DNA of 32,000 nt from Ignicoccus pacificus DSM 13166 (lineage in GTDB: Archaea; Thermoproteota; Thermoprotei_A; Sulfolobales; Ignicoccaceae). This document shows positions 1-8,902 of this stretch, piece after piece. The notes beneath the pieces are model-generated. The model saw nothing but the letters and a program-made list of their open reading frames with translations. It was not told where the DNA came from and ran no database searches. The stretch spans positions 780,001 through 812,000 of the forward strand of contig CP006868.1 in the NCBI GenBank assembly GCA_025340205.1, in the 5' to 3' direction. The translations under genes and the position numbers were made by a program. How positions within the stretch are numbered: the stretch's first letter is position 1; each line of letters starts with the position of its first letter.

Positions 1-7
1 CCTTCTT

Positions 8-28
8 ATGACGTAAGAGAAACGTCAT
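8..28 (+). terminator. Perfect 7-bp hairpin (ATGACGT-N7-ACGTCAT) followed by a pyrimidine-rich tract. It may be the 3' end signal of a gene left of the window.
   Basis: Inverted repeat read directly at 8-14 / 22-28, followed by cttcttacttattcttac. No gene context is visible. Confidence 0.15.
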
Positions 29-101
29 CTTCTTACTTATTCTTACGCGGGTTCGTTCATCCATCCTCTCACCTACCAACACTTAACTCCTTTATTCATT
101 G

Positions 102-557
102 ATGTATACGGGAATGGCATTGAGTCAAGACCTCTCCAAGTTAAGGGTCATAGACTTAATAGTGAGGGACCCCGTCACTATTGATTCTGAAGCTTCCATA
201 GTAGACGTAGCCAACAAGATGATAAAGGAAAAGGTTGGTTCAATCATAGTAACCGTAGATGGCATCCCTAAGGGAATAATAACTGAGGGTGACATAGTTA
301 AGAAGGTAGTTGCGAAAAACTTGAAACCTTCAGAAGTCAAGGCTAGGGATATAATGTCTACACCTTTACAGTTTGTGCTATATGACGCCACGTTGGAAGA
401 AGCCGTCCGAATAATGGACGAAAATAATATTTCACATCTTGCTGTCTTCAAGAACGACAAGCTAATTGGCGTAATTACCTCTTCGGACATACTTCATATA
501 GCACCATCATTAATAGAGTACCTCAAAGTAAGGCCTAGAGGAGGGAAAATTATATGA
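102..557 (+). CDS. CBS-domain pair protein
   Basis: The track ORF 99..557 starts at TTG 99, immediately followed by ATG 102. Two CBS-like units are visible (GSIIVTVDGIPKGIITEGDIV and ISHLAVFKNDKLIGVITSSDIL). The stop overlaps the next start (ATGA at 554-557). Confidence 0.8.
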   Translation: MYTGMALSQDLSKLRVIDLIVRDPVTIDSEASIVDVANKMIKEKVGSIIVTVDGIPKGIITEGDIVKKVVAKNLKPSEVKARDIMSTPLQFVLYDATLEEAVRIMDENNISHLAVFKNDKLIGVITSSDILHIAPSLIEYLKVRPRGGKII

Positions 558-1378
558 GGCCAAGGGTACCTGAGGGTCCTCGCTTCCTAAGATCTGACGG
601 AACTCCCGACAAGATGACCAGGGTACACAAGGAACAGAAGTGGATCAATGAAACCAAGGAGCCAGAGGTTCTTCATTCCCCCAATGCTCCTCTAAGGAGC
701 GTCGTGATCGAGCTATTACAATCAAACTTGTTGAACGTGATAGTTGCCGAGGGGGACAAGTACCTAGGGGTGGGTACCCTACCCAAGGTAACGGCTCTCA
801 TAGCGCTCTGGAGGGATAGAAATACTCCCATCTACAAGATTTTCCTAGAACCCTTAAAGAGATTGGAGGAGCGTGTGCCTCCCATAACTGACGAGATGAA
901 CGACAAAGACGTAAGTAAACTACTGGATGAAAACGCGTTGATTGACGAATATCCTGTTGTCTCTAATGAGAAGGTAGTAGCCATATTACCAGTCAGGGAG
1001 ATCATCGGTAAGTATTCTCCTAGCGCTCCAAGCGTGCAACTATCTAGTATAGCACAGGAAGTTCCGAAGGTTGGAAGCGTTGGAGAGGCATTACTGGTCA
1101 TGGAAGAGAAGGGTGTGCCAGTAGTGCTCGTTGAAGATAAGGTGTTAGATGCTAGAAGCGTACTAAAGAAGATCTGGGACGAGCGCAGAAAGAGTATCGG
1201 TGAGGTGAGCTTTGATGACGTAGCTACGGAGAACTTTAACTTATTCAAAGCGTCCTTGACTCTTAAGGAGATACTCGAGGAAATAGATCCACATAAGGTC
1301 GATTACATATTAGTAGACGACGACGGAAAGGTGAAGTACGTTCCCCTCGGAAGAGTTGCCTCAAAGCTCCTCCACTAA
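554..1378 (+). CDS. CBS-domain-containing protein with about four degenerate CBS-like repeats
   Basis: 274-aa ORF. GGAGGG lies 8 nt upstream of ATG 554. Repeated hydrophobic-strand/G-x-hydrophobic units typical of CBS are present (NVIVAEGDKYLGVGT, YPVVSNEKVVAILPVREI, GVPVVLVEDKVLDARSVL, YILVDDDGKVKYVPLGRV). Confidence 0.65.
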   Translation: MRPRVPEGPRFLRSDGTPDKMTRVHKEQKWINETKEPEVLHSPNAPLRSVVIELLQSNLLNVIVAEGDKYLGVGTLPKVTALIALWRDRNTPIYKIFLEPLKRLEERVPPITDEMNDKDVSKLLDENALIDEYPVVSNEKVVAILPVREIIGKYSPSAPSVQLSSIAQEVPKVGSVGEALLVMEEKGVPVVLVEDKVLDARSVLKKIWDERRKSIGEVSFDDVATENFNLFKASLTLKEILEEIDPHKVDYILVDDDGKVKYVPLGRVASKLLH

Positions 1379-1820
1379 GCTATGTTTTATCTGTGATGCT
1401 ATGTTAGGTAAATTAGCAAGATATCTCAGAATTCTAGGTTATGATACAATATTCACTGAAGAAGAAGATAACAAAATACTTGATATTTATAGAAGCAAGA
1501 ACTGTGTCTTATTAACTAGAGATAAACTCTTATGTGAGAGAGCCGGAAGATATTGTTTCTTCATTAAGTCAAGTAATATTGGGGAACAGCTGATGCAACT
1601 AGCTATGGACATCGGTGTGAAGCTATGTCTACCGAAGGAGCCCATTAGATGTACTATCTGTAATGCTCCTCTGACTAAGCTAGGATACGTTGAAAAGCAT
1701 GGAATGGTATGGAGGTGTCCAAGGTGTGGCCAACATTACTGGTATGGCTCTCACATTATAAATATAGAGAAATTCTTGTCAAGCACTAGGAAGAGATTAT
1801 CTTTACTAAATGAATGTTAG
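1356..1820 (+). CDS. Mut7-C (DUF82) PIN-like ribonuclease with C-terminal zinc ribbon
   Basis: N-terminal FICDAMLGKLARYLRILGYDT and LLTRD match the Mut7-C signature from memory. The C-terminus has CTICN...RCPRCGQHYWYGSH (CxxC...CxxC). Only the TTG at 1356 keeps the N-terminal Asp. It overlaps the upstream stop by 23 nt. Confidence 0.75.
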   Translation: MPQSSSTKLCFICDAMLGKLARYLRILGYDTIFTEEEDNKILDIYRSKNCVLLTRDKLLCERAGRYCFFIKSSNIGEQLMQLAMDIGVKLCLPKEPIRCTICNAPLTKLGYVEKHGMVWRCPRCGQHYWYGSHIINIEKFLSSTRKRLSLLNEC

Positions 1821-1886
1821 GATCGGTCAACCCAACGTCGCTCATCAAAAACTCGCTCACTGGCGGTCTCCTCATCTCCTCACGTC

Positions 1887-3062
1887 TCACTTCCTCCTTC
1901 TCTGCCTTCTTTGTTGTGCCTCAACGGCCCACACGCTTACTCCTAGCAACCTTTTCATAACTTCACTTAGGAACCTCACGTAGTTACCCTTCTGTCCCAC
2001 AAATGCACCGAACTCTGCCTCATTGACCTTAACCATGAGCTGCGGTCCCGCGAAGTCCACATCAACTATGTGCTTATGTATCCAAGGCACTGGGTGTATC
2101 GCTGTAATGAAGGGCTTTAGGTCATTGGTTAACTCAACAGTCCTTAACCTTAATCCGCTGTCTTCCTCAATCCTGGCAATCCTCTCGCCGCCTTTTCCGA
2201 TGAATCTCGGGGCATGACCTTCTTTCAACACTACTAGGGCGTCCGGTACGTGTTCTATATCCTCTAGCCCGAACCTCTTTTTGGCGTCAATGAACTCGAC
2301 CACCGTTATGACATCGGCATCAGGAGCATAGATCCTACCGGCCTCTATCACCGCCTTCTCGCTTTCACTGAGGGGTCTCCTCCTCATCCTTAATTCCATC
2401 ATAAACCTTATTCCTCTTCTTGCGCCGGGTCTTACAATGTCTTTCAGGCCTAGATCTATTACGCTAGCCCCGGGCTCGTTGAGCAATATTTCACGTAAGA
2501 GGGACGCGCCATCCTTACCCATTTCTGTCATGCTCTGGAAGACAGGGTCTCCTACGACGACGAATTTGCTTCTCTCACCGACCCTCATCAAAGCCTCGAC
2601 CGCCGCCTCTGGGTCCGCGTTCTGTGCATCGTCAAGTACTACTATCGATCTATCGAAGGTGCGTCCCCTTAGATAGTGGGTGTCTACTAGCATCAGCTTA
2701 CCTTCTTCGTATAGCTTCTTTATCTCATCCTTTGAGATGTAACCGTAGAGTATGTCTTGAAGATAAGCGGAAGCCATCTTATAGTAATCCTCAACGCCGA
2801 CGTCTGCCGCCGTTATCTCTTTACCAGTCACGATGTCTATAACTGGTCTAGCGATGATGAACTTCTCATACTTTCCTTGCTTAAGCGCGTCTATAGCATA
2901 AGCTATGGTAATGAGACTTTTTCCGGTACCGGAAGGACCGAAAGCGCCCACTATATCTATTGAATCGTCTTGTAACGCTTCAAGCAGCGCTGCTTGACCT
3001 CTGGTCTTCGGCTTTATCGACCCTAACAGCTCCACGTTATTCACCCGCTCTATCGCAAGCAT
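1887..3062 (-). CDS. PhoH-like P-loop ATPase with C-terminal KH domain
   Basis: 391-aa ORF. Walker A is GPSGTGKS and Walker B-like is IVVLDDAQN. PhoH-type N-terminus is KPKTRGQAALLEAL. KH GXXG motif is FIGKGGERIARIEEDSG. Confidence 0.85.
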   Translation of the reverse strand: MLAIERVNNVELLGSIKPKTRGQAALLEALQDDSIDIVGAFGPSGTGKSLITIAYAIDALKQGKYEKFIIARPVIDIVTGKEITAADVGVEDYYKMASAYLQDILYGYISKDEIKKLYEEGKLMLVDTHYLRGRTFDRSIVVLDDAQNADPEAAVEALMRVGERSKFVVVGDPVFQSMTEMGKDGASLLREILLNEPGASVIDLGLKDIVRPGARRGIRFMMELRMRRRPLSESEKAVIEAGRIYAPDADVITVVEFIDAKKRFGLEDIEHVPDALVVLKEGHAPRFIGKGGERIARIEEDSGLRLRTVELTNDLKPFITAIHPVPWIHKHIVDVDFAGPQLMVKVNEAEFGAFVGQKGNYVRFLSEVMKRLLGVSVWAVEAQQRRQRRRK

Positions 3063-3139
3063 GCGGCTTTAGAAGCTGTGAGCTATGTTTACATTTATAT
3101 TCATTAAAGCAAGAAACTATGGTGGAGGAATAGCAGCTC

Positions 3140-3691
3140 ATGGTTAAGGTAATCGTTGTAACGACGGGATTACCCGGATCCGGAAAGGGCACGTTCGCGG
3201 AAGTGGCCAAGGAGCTAAATATACCAGTATATGTGATGGGCGACATAGTTAGAGAGGAGACGTTGAGAAGAAACTTGCCCATAACTCCAGAGAACTTACG
3301 GAGCGTTGCTATTGATTTGAGGAAGAAAGAGGGCTCTGATGCGATTGCCAAAAGAATGGCAAAGAAAATATCTGCATCAAAAGAATGTGTGATACTTGTC
3401 GATGGTATTAGGTCTATGGCTGAGATCAAAGTACTTGAAAAAATAGCCAAGGTAATCATTGTAAGTATCGATGCCCCGTTTGATATCAGATTGAAGAGAA
3501 TAGTTGCCAGAGGAAGACCAGATGACGCTGCTGATTACTTGAAGAAACGAGATGAAACAGAAATAGGATTCGGCGTATTGGAAGTGATGAACAGTGCCAA
3601 CTACGTGATACTTAATGTAGGCTCCATCGACGAGTTTAAATCTGACGCCGCCAAGATCCTTAATGAGATAATATCCAAGTACTGTAAGTAA
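3140..3691 (+). CDS. P-loop nucleotide-kinase-like protein (UPF0200 / dephospho-CoA-kinase-like fold)
   Basis: 183-aa ORF with N-terminal VVTTGLPGSGKGT Walker A. Size and layout fit small archaeal kinase-like proteins. The substrate cannot be inferred. Confidence 0.65.
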   Translation: MVKVIVVTTGLPGSGKGTFAEVAKELNIPVYVMGDIVREETLRRNLPITPENLRSVAIDLRKKEGSDAIAKRMAKKISASKECVILVDGIRSMAEIKVLEKIAKVIIVSIDAPFDIRLKRIVARGRPDDAADYLKKRDETEIGFGVLEVMNSANYVILNVGSIDEFKSDAAKILNEIISKYCK

Positions 3692-3745
3692 GGAGTCTAC
3701 CTTTAAGAACTTCTGGGAACTGAGCCTTACCCGGTAATCCAAATC

Positions 3746-4567
3746 ATGATGAAGTGGCGCGAGGACTGTATTAGATGCTTACTTGACGCTAGAATTTACG
3801 ATGCCTTTAAAGGTGGAGCCACCGACAAAGAGTTGCAATTGATATTATCTTCAACCGTAGGTTCAATGCAATTTCCAAAGAGTAAGGCATTTAGATATAG
3901 CTGGAAGGTATTGAAAGAAGTCCTAGGAGATATCTACGTTTTTGAGAGAAGGAAGCTTCTAGAGAGAACTCTCTCAAAGAAACTAGACGTTCCTCAAACT
4001 CTCGAGGATGCCCTTAGGTTGGCCGCGATGGGTAACTTACACGATACTGCTGTAGGAGGGTCCTATAGACCGGGAACTAAGGAGTTAGGGAAACTTATCA
4101 CGATCGGTACGGACGTCCTATGGAATGGAGGAAGGATGATTTACGCTGTAGATAACTTGCCGGAAGTACCCTACGACGTGTTAGCTGCTAAGTTCTTCGA
4201 GACCCTCGGATGGGAAGTTACTATGGTGGCTAGAGAGGAGTCTTACGAGATCGACGCTACTTACGCTGATCTCGTCGAGTTAGTTCAACTACTTGATAAG
4301 GATGGTTCGATTAGGGTTGAAAAGCTGCCGGGATCTTGTACGATCTTCGATAGATGCGAAGAGGCAAAAGAATTGAGGGAAAACAACGATATTGTTTTAG
4401 CTAAAGGATTACTTAATGCTGACGCATACATAGACTTCATGCCTCCGGAACCTTCACTCCTAGTCTTCGCCGCTAAATGTCAACCCTTAGCCGAGGCCGT
4501 TGGTGCCGAGATAGGCGATGCTGTAGCGGTACTAGGTGAAATATTATTAAAAGCGTTTAGAGGATAG
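3746..4567 (+). CDS. DUF89 / ARMT1-like (damage-control phosphatase family) protein
   Basis: N-terminal CIRCLL (CxxC), YAVDNLPEVPYDVL (compare DNAGE...D), IDATYAD, LAKGLLNADAY and FAAKCQPLAEAVGAEIGDAV line up with the archaeal DUF89 protein AF1104 as I remember it. Confidence 0.7.
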   Translation: MMKWREDCIRCLLDARIYDAFKGGATDKELQLILSSTVGSMQFPKSKAFRYSWKVLKEVLGDIYVFERRKLLERTLSKKLDVPQTLEDALRLAAMGNLHDTAVGGSYRPGTKELGKLITIGTDVLWNGGRMIYAVDNLPEVPYDVLAAKFFETLGWEVTMVAREESYEIDATYADLVELVQLLDKDGSIRVEKLPGSCTIFDRCEEAKELRENNDIVLAKGLLNADAYIDFMPPEPSLLVFAAKCQPLAEAVGAEIGDAVAVLGEILLKAFRG

Positions 4568-4577
4568 GCTAGAAAGA

Positions 4578-4587
4578 TTATTTTAAA
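4578..4587 (+). promoter_or_regulatory. TATA-like element (TTATTTTAAA) upstream of rps8e
   Basis: AT-rich box about 35 nt upstream of ATG 4620, with a GGGGGT Shine-Dalgarno-like tract between them. Confidence 0.35.
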
Positions 4588-4619
4588 GCTACGCTAGACT
4601 GGTTGCGGGGGTCAGAAGC

Positions 4620-5033
4620 ATGGGAGTTTACCATGGTCCGGACTTGAAGAAGGTCACCGGTGGAAAGAAGAGGAGACATGTCAAGGTCAAGAGGAAGTAC
4701 TGGATGGGTCGATTCCCCATAAATACTACTCTGGCCGAAAAGGAGAAGAGAAGACTCGAGAGAGTAAGGGGAGGAAACTACAAGATCAAGCTAAGATATG
4801 CCGCCTACGCGAACGTCGTGAATAAGAAAACTGGCGAGGTCAAGAAGGTGAGAATATTAAGAGTTGTAGAGACTCCCGCTAACAAGGAGTTAGCTAGACA
4901 CGGTATTATAGTGAAGGGAACCATCGTCGAGACCGAACTGGGCCCAGCCATCGTTACTTCTCGCCCAGGTCAGCATGGTGTGATAAACGCAATACTGGCT
5001 CCTGAGCTCAAGATCCAGAGGAGGAGGAAATGA
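4620..5033 (+). CDS. rps8e: 30S ribosomal protein S8e (eS8)
   Basis: MGVYHGPDLKKVTGGKKRRH..., ETPANKELARHGIIVKG and VTSRPGQHGVINA are characteristic eS8 blocks. Confidence 0.95.
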   Translation: MGVYHGPDLKKVTGGKKRRHVKVKRKYWMGRFPINTTLAEKEKRRLERVRGGNYKIKLRYAAYANVVNKKTGEVKKVRILRVVETPANKELARHGIIVKGTIVETELGPAIVTSRPGQHGVINAILAPELKIQRRRK

Positions 5034-5365
5034 CTACTAGGAAACTCAAAGGTAAGTATTTTGTGATTTGGCCCCAATATCTGGATTCAACCTTATCGCG
5101 GCGCTTGGGTCGAAGAGTGCCGAAGGAATTATCCGTCCCTCATCCCACACAGAAGGAACTAATCGAGATCGCAAAGAGCCTAGGACGTGATGTTATACCC
5201 TTAGAGAAGCTCTATCCTAGAGAGTGGTGGTACTCCGAGGGCGGAGTGGCTATCGAAAAATTGGAAAACGAGACGAAGACACAGCTACTACTCAAAGTGG
5301 CTCAAGAATTGGTAAAGAGAAGATACTCTAAGTTGAGTGGTAGACAGCGTGGGCTCACTTCTTGA
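5030..5365 (+). CDS. srp19: Signal recognition particle protein SRP19
   Basis: VIWPQYLDSTLSRRLGRRVPKEL is the SRP19 signature. The ATGA start/stop overlaps rps8e. Confidence 0.9.
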   Translation: MTTRKLKGKYFVIWPQYLDSTLSRRLGRRVPKELSVPHPTQKELIEIAKSLGRDVIPLEKLYPREWWYSEGGVAIEKLENETKTQLLLKVAQELVKRRYSKLSGRQRGLTS

Positions 5366-5406
5366 AATATCCACTGGTATTACTAGGCCTCTAGGGGACT
5401 TAAGCT

Positions 5407-5661
5407 ATGCGTGCCAAGTTCTATAGAAAGACACGAACTGGGTTATTGGTCCTCCAGCATATTGATGGAAATATTCCCAGAATAGGCGATTCTCTAAAGG
5501 CTGGGGAGGCTACCTTAAAGATACTTGACGTGATTGGTCCTGTGTCCTCGCCCTTCATAATAGCTAAACCCCTAAGAGGAGATATCGAAGGTGAAGTGGA
5601 ACTATCTCCAATTAGGAAGAGAAGGGCCAAGGTTAGGAGGAGCAGAAAGGGTAGGAGGTGA
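5407..5661 (+). CDS. gar1: H/ACA ribonucleoprotein component Gar1
   Basis: 84 aa. Core GDSL..G..LKILDVIGPVSSPFIIAKP matches the Gar1 beta-barrel, followed by a basic tail. It sits directly upstream of a TFB-family gene, as in other archaea. Confidence 0.85.
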   Translation: MRAKFYRKTRTGLLVLQHIDGNIPRIGDSLKAGEATLKILDVIGPVSSPFIIAKPLRGDIEGEVELSPIRKRRAKVRRSRKGRR

Positions 5662-5667
5662 TTGTCC

Positions 5668-6738
5668 ATGTTCACCTCTCCTGAATCTGCCATTGCTAAG
5701 GGCATCTGCCCCTTCTGTGGTACCATGCTACATCTCACTTACAACGAGGAAGGAGAGATAGTATGCTCTTCTTGTGGTGCCGTACTTACGCCCTATGTAG
5801 GTTATGCCTTTGATGAAGGTACTTACTTCAATAAGTTTGATCCTCGTGCTCCCTATTCTAAAACTGGAGAGGGACTAGTTAGTAGCAGCGGCGCTCTTTC
5901 AAGCGTAGTGCATGATGAAGGTATAGGCAGCACCTTTAACGCTCATGAAGTTAAGGGCAGATTGAGAACGCGTAAGGAGTTCGAGAAGATTAGGAGACTT
6001 AATGAGAGGTCCAGATTTAGAGATAGCATTGATAGCTTGGAAGGTGACCTCCATAAGGCAGCCAATCTCTTAAAAACAGAAATCGAAACGTTCTTTGAGA
6101 TACCTTCACATATAAGCAGAGAGATAGATGAAACTATTAAACAGATCGTGAGAAACGAGAAGAATCAAAAGAAACTCAAGGGCTTGAGCAGGAAGAAAAG
6201 AGAGTATCTAGGTTACGCGATAGTATTGGCCGTACTAGAGGCCTACGGTATAGGTCTAGAAGCTAAGATCTTACTCAAGAAATTATTCAATGATGAAAAG
6301 GTGATAAGAAACGTAATAAGCTGGAAGGCAAAGGTAGCATACGATTTAGCTAAGGATAAGCTAAGAAACATAAAAAGGTCACAAGATCCAATGAGCAAGT
6401 ACATGAACTACGCGAACTTCTTGTTAAGTGAGCTAAACCACGAATTGAGGTTAGGTTTAGATGGCAGGCTTAGAAGTAGGATCATGGAAACCCTCCGTCA
6501 TGTACTAAAAGCAGCTATAAAGGTAAACATGAATTCCGGAAAACAAATGTCATCACTGTTGGCCGGCCTCATCTACCTAACTCTACACATATTCGTAACT
6601 GATCCAAGCAAGAAGCCCACACAAGAAAAAGTTGCCAAAACATTAAGGCTAGGAAATAACTCAGTAAGAGAGAACTACGTAGAAGCTGTGAAGAATTTAA
6701 TGATACTGGTTTACGTTCCCACAAAGAAGAGATCATAA
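5668..6738 (+). CDS. tfb: Divergent transcription initiation factor IIB (TFB) family protein
   Basis: AGGAGGTGAT lies 7 nt upstream of ATG 5668 (the track starts at TTG 5662). It has an N-terminal zinc ribbon (CPFCGT...VCSSCGAV), a B-reader-like HDEGIGST and a linker FEKIRRLNERSRF. The C-terminal half is helical but not obviously canonical cyclin repeats. Confidence 0.7.
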   Translation: MFTSPESAIAKGICPFCGTMLHLTYNEEGEIVCSSCGAVLTPYVGYAFDEGTYFNKFDPRAPYSKTGEGLVSSSGALSSVVHDEGIGSTFNAHEVKGRLRTRKEFEKIRRLNERSRFRDSIDSLEGDLHKAANLLKTEIETFFEIPSHISREIDETIKQIVRNEKNQKKLKGLSRKKREYLGYAIVLAVLEAYGIGLEAKILLKKLFNDEKVIRNVISWKAKVAYDLAKDKLRNIKRSQDPMSKYMNYANFLLSELNHELRLGLDGRLRSRIMETLRHVLKAAIKVNMNSGKQMSSLLAGLIYLTLHIFVTDPSKKPTQEKVAKTLRLGNNSVRENYVEAVKNLMILVYVPTKKRS

Positions 6739-6776
6739 TTTTTAAGTAAATTGCAAATGATATTCCGGGATCCCCA

Positions 6777-7073
6777 ATGCCAGAAGCCGAGAGTACGTCG
6801 AAAATAATTCAAACCTTGTTGAACTACGCAACCCAGTTCTATTCCTGGATTCAAGGTATAGTATCTCACTACTTACAGATATACGTCTTCGCGAAGAACC
6901 CCGAACTAGCTGCTAGGTACGGTAACTTAATAGTACTTATGGTAACGTTAACTGTAATCTACGCGCTTCTGGAAGTGTTTGAAAGCTTCAAGAAAGTTTT
7001 GAGATACATAATACTAATGGGTTGGTTCATACTGGTGTTGGCAATCGTGTTCAACTATTTGAATAGACATTAG
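6777..7073 (+). CDS. Small integral membrane protein, unknown function
   Basis: 98-aa ORF with two clear hydrophobic helices (LIVLMVTLTVIYALL, IILMGWFILVLAIVF). No homology recognised. Confidence 0.5.
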   Translation: MPEAESTSKIIQTLLNYATQFYSWIQGIVSHYLQIYVFAKNPELAARYGNLIVLMVTLTVIYALLEVFESFKKVLRYIILMGWFILVLAIVFNYLNRH

Positions 7074-8794
7074 GTAACGCACTCCTCTAAGGGTTTATTT
7101 TCTTTTATGAATCTCCTAAGGACCTTGGGTAGGTCTTCTATCTTCACTCTTACTTGCTCCCAACTATCTCTATCCCTTACAGTCACCGTATCATCTTGCA
7201 AAGTCTGGAAATCTATTGTCACAGCGGCCGGAACTCCGATCTCGTCAAATCTGGCGTACCTTCTGCCTATTGAGCCCTTCTCATCATATTCCACTCTGAA
7301 TCCACTCTTAGCCAAGAGCTCCCATACCTCCTTCGCCTTCTTTACTATCTCATCCTCCTCAACTAGTGGCAACACTACTGCCTCTATAGGAGCCAGATAT
7401 CTAGGCAAACTCAGCACGAGTCTACCATCCTTTTCCTTTAATGCATGTTCTAGCGTTACGTAAAGTAATCTTTCGACTCCAAAGGAGGGTTCCACTACGT
7501 GTGGTACGAATCTCTCACCACTTACCGTTTCCTCACGTTCCTCTACCCAAACAATTCCCTTCTCAAGCTTCTCTCCCTCAACCTCAACGTATCCCTTTTC
7601 TAACAGTTCTTTTTCGACCAATTCGGGGTCGACGTTCTTTAGTGCCTCCATTATCTTCTTCGCTTTACTCTTAAACCTTATACCTAGCTCCCTGGCATTC
7701 CATCGAACTACCTTTACTTTCACCTTCTTGGGCTCCTTGTACTTTCTAAAGGCATACAGATCTTTCCCGCTGAACTTTATATGCCTCGATACGTCATAAT
7801 CACCCCTGTAAGCATGTCCAGAGACTTCCATCCATCCATACCTTTCAGTACGAACCAACTGATCATATGTCTGGGATGAATAGTGTGCTCTCTCTTCTGG
7901 ACTTTTCTCTTCAAAGAACTGGTCCTCATCCTTAATACCTAGCTTATTTAATAGTTCCTTAGCCTTCAGCATCCAATATGCCATCCATTCGTTTATTATC
8001 CATCCTTTATCAAGGGCCTCCTTTATGGTAACTTCGACGGGTTCCTTCTGGCCTTCCTTTGCTAGTTCCCAAGGAAGAAGACGTATCTTAGCTTCGTAGT
8101 CCAAAGGAGGTTTACCGGGATTTAAGGGATCAAAGAAGAACTCTATTTCGGCTATGGTGAACTCTCTTAATCTTAAGAGTCCTTGTCTTGGGGAGATTTC
8201 ATTCCTTCCTACTCTCCCTATCTGAGCTATTCCAAAGGGAAGCTTCTCCCTCATGAACTGATATACTCGTTTGAAATTAACGAAAGCGCCCTGGGCAGTC
8301 TCAGGCCTTATGAAGCCTTTATCACCCTCATATGGTCCTATCTGCGTTTGGAACAGCAGTAAGAACTTCTTCACTTCGCTTAGTTCGCCGCCACAAACGG
8401 GACACCTAATGTTATTCTCCTTGATAATTTTTGTTAAATCCTCGGGGCTCAGACCTTCTACCTTCAGCCCCGTAGCTTCCTCTATTAGATGATCAGCCCT
8501 GTACTTTCTTCCACACTTCGTACATTCGACGATGGGATCTGTGAAGTTCTGTACGTGACCAGAAGCTTCAAGTACTCTATAGGGAGTTATTATGGGAGTC
8601 TCAAGTTCCAGTATTATCCTTTGAAGGGGCTTCATTAATGTCTCCTTCCATAACTCAATAATCTTATTCTTCAACTCCTTACCTAAAGGACCTAGATCGT
8701 AGAAGCCTGCCACTCCGCCATATATTTCCCATGCAGGCCAATAGAATCCTCGCCTTTGAGCTAGATCAGCTACCTTCGATGCTTTATCAGCCAT
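7070..8794 (-). CDS. glyS: Glycine--tRNA ligase (archaeal/eukaryotic type, class II)
   Basis: 574-aa ORF. N-terminus is RRGFYWPAWEIYGGVAGFYDLGPLG. It also has GIAQIGRVGRNEISPRQGLLRLREFT (motif 2 region), VEPSFGVERL (motif 3 region) and a C-terminal anticodon-binding domain. Confidence 0.95.
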   Translation of the reverse strand: MADKASKVADLAQRRGFYWPAWEIYGGVAGFYDLGPLGKELKNKIIELWKETLMKPLQRIILELETPIITPYRVLEASGHVQNFTDPIVECTKCGRKYRADHLIEEATGLKVEGLSPEDLTKIIKENNIRCPVCGGELSEVKKFLLLFQTQIGPYEGDKGFIRPETAQGAFVNFKRVYQFMREKLPFGIAQIGRVGRNEISPRQGLLRLREFTIAEIEFFFDPLNPGKPPLDYEAKIRLLPWELAKEGQKEPVEVTIKEALDKGWIINEWMAYWMLKAKELLNKLGIKDEDQFFEEKSPEERAHYSSQTYDQLVRTERYGWMEVSGHAYRGDYDVSRHIKFSGKDLYAFRKYKEPKKVKVKVVRWNARELGIRFKSKAKKIMEALKNVDPELVEKELLEKGYVEVEGEKLEKGIVWVEEREETVSGERFVPHVVEPSFGVERLLYVTLEHALKEKDGRLVLSLPRYLAPIEAVVLPLVEEDEIVKKAKEVWELLAKSGFRVEYDEKGSIGRRYARFDEIGVPAAVTIDFQTLQDDTVTVRDRDSWEQVRVKIEDLPKVLRRFIKENKPLEECVT

Positions 8795-8902
8795 TTCATC
8801 TCAACCGTCATCTGCTCGTTCAAAGGGTTTATACATGAGATCCCGTGTTACACACTCACCTAGTTATATTCCCTCAAATAACCCTCAAATGGGGAGCCTT
8901 CA

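Noticed and set aside
1821-1886. A TGATGA motif on the minus strand downstream of the PhoH-like gene looked like a possible C/D sRNA.
   Set aside because: There is no CUGA D box at a suitable distance and no second box pair.
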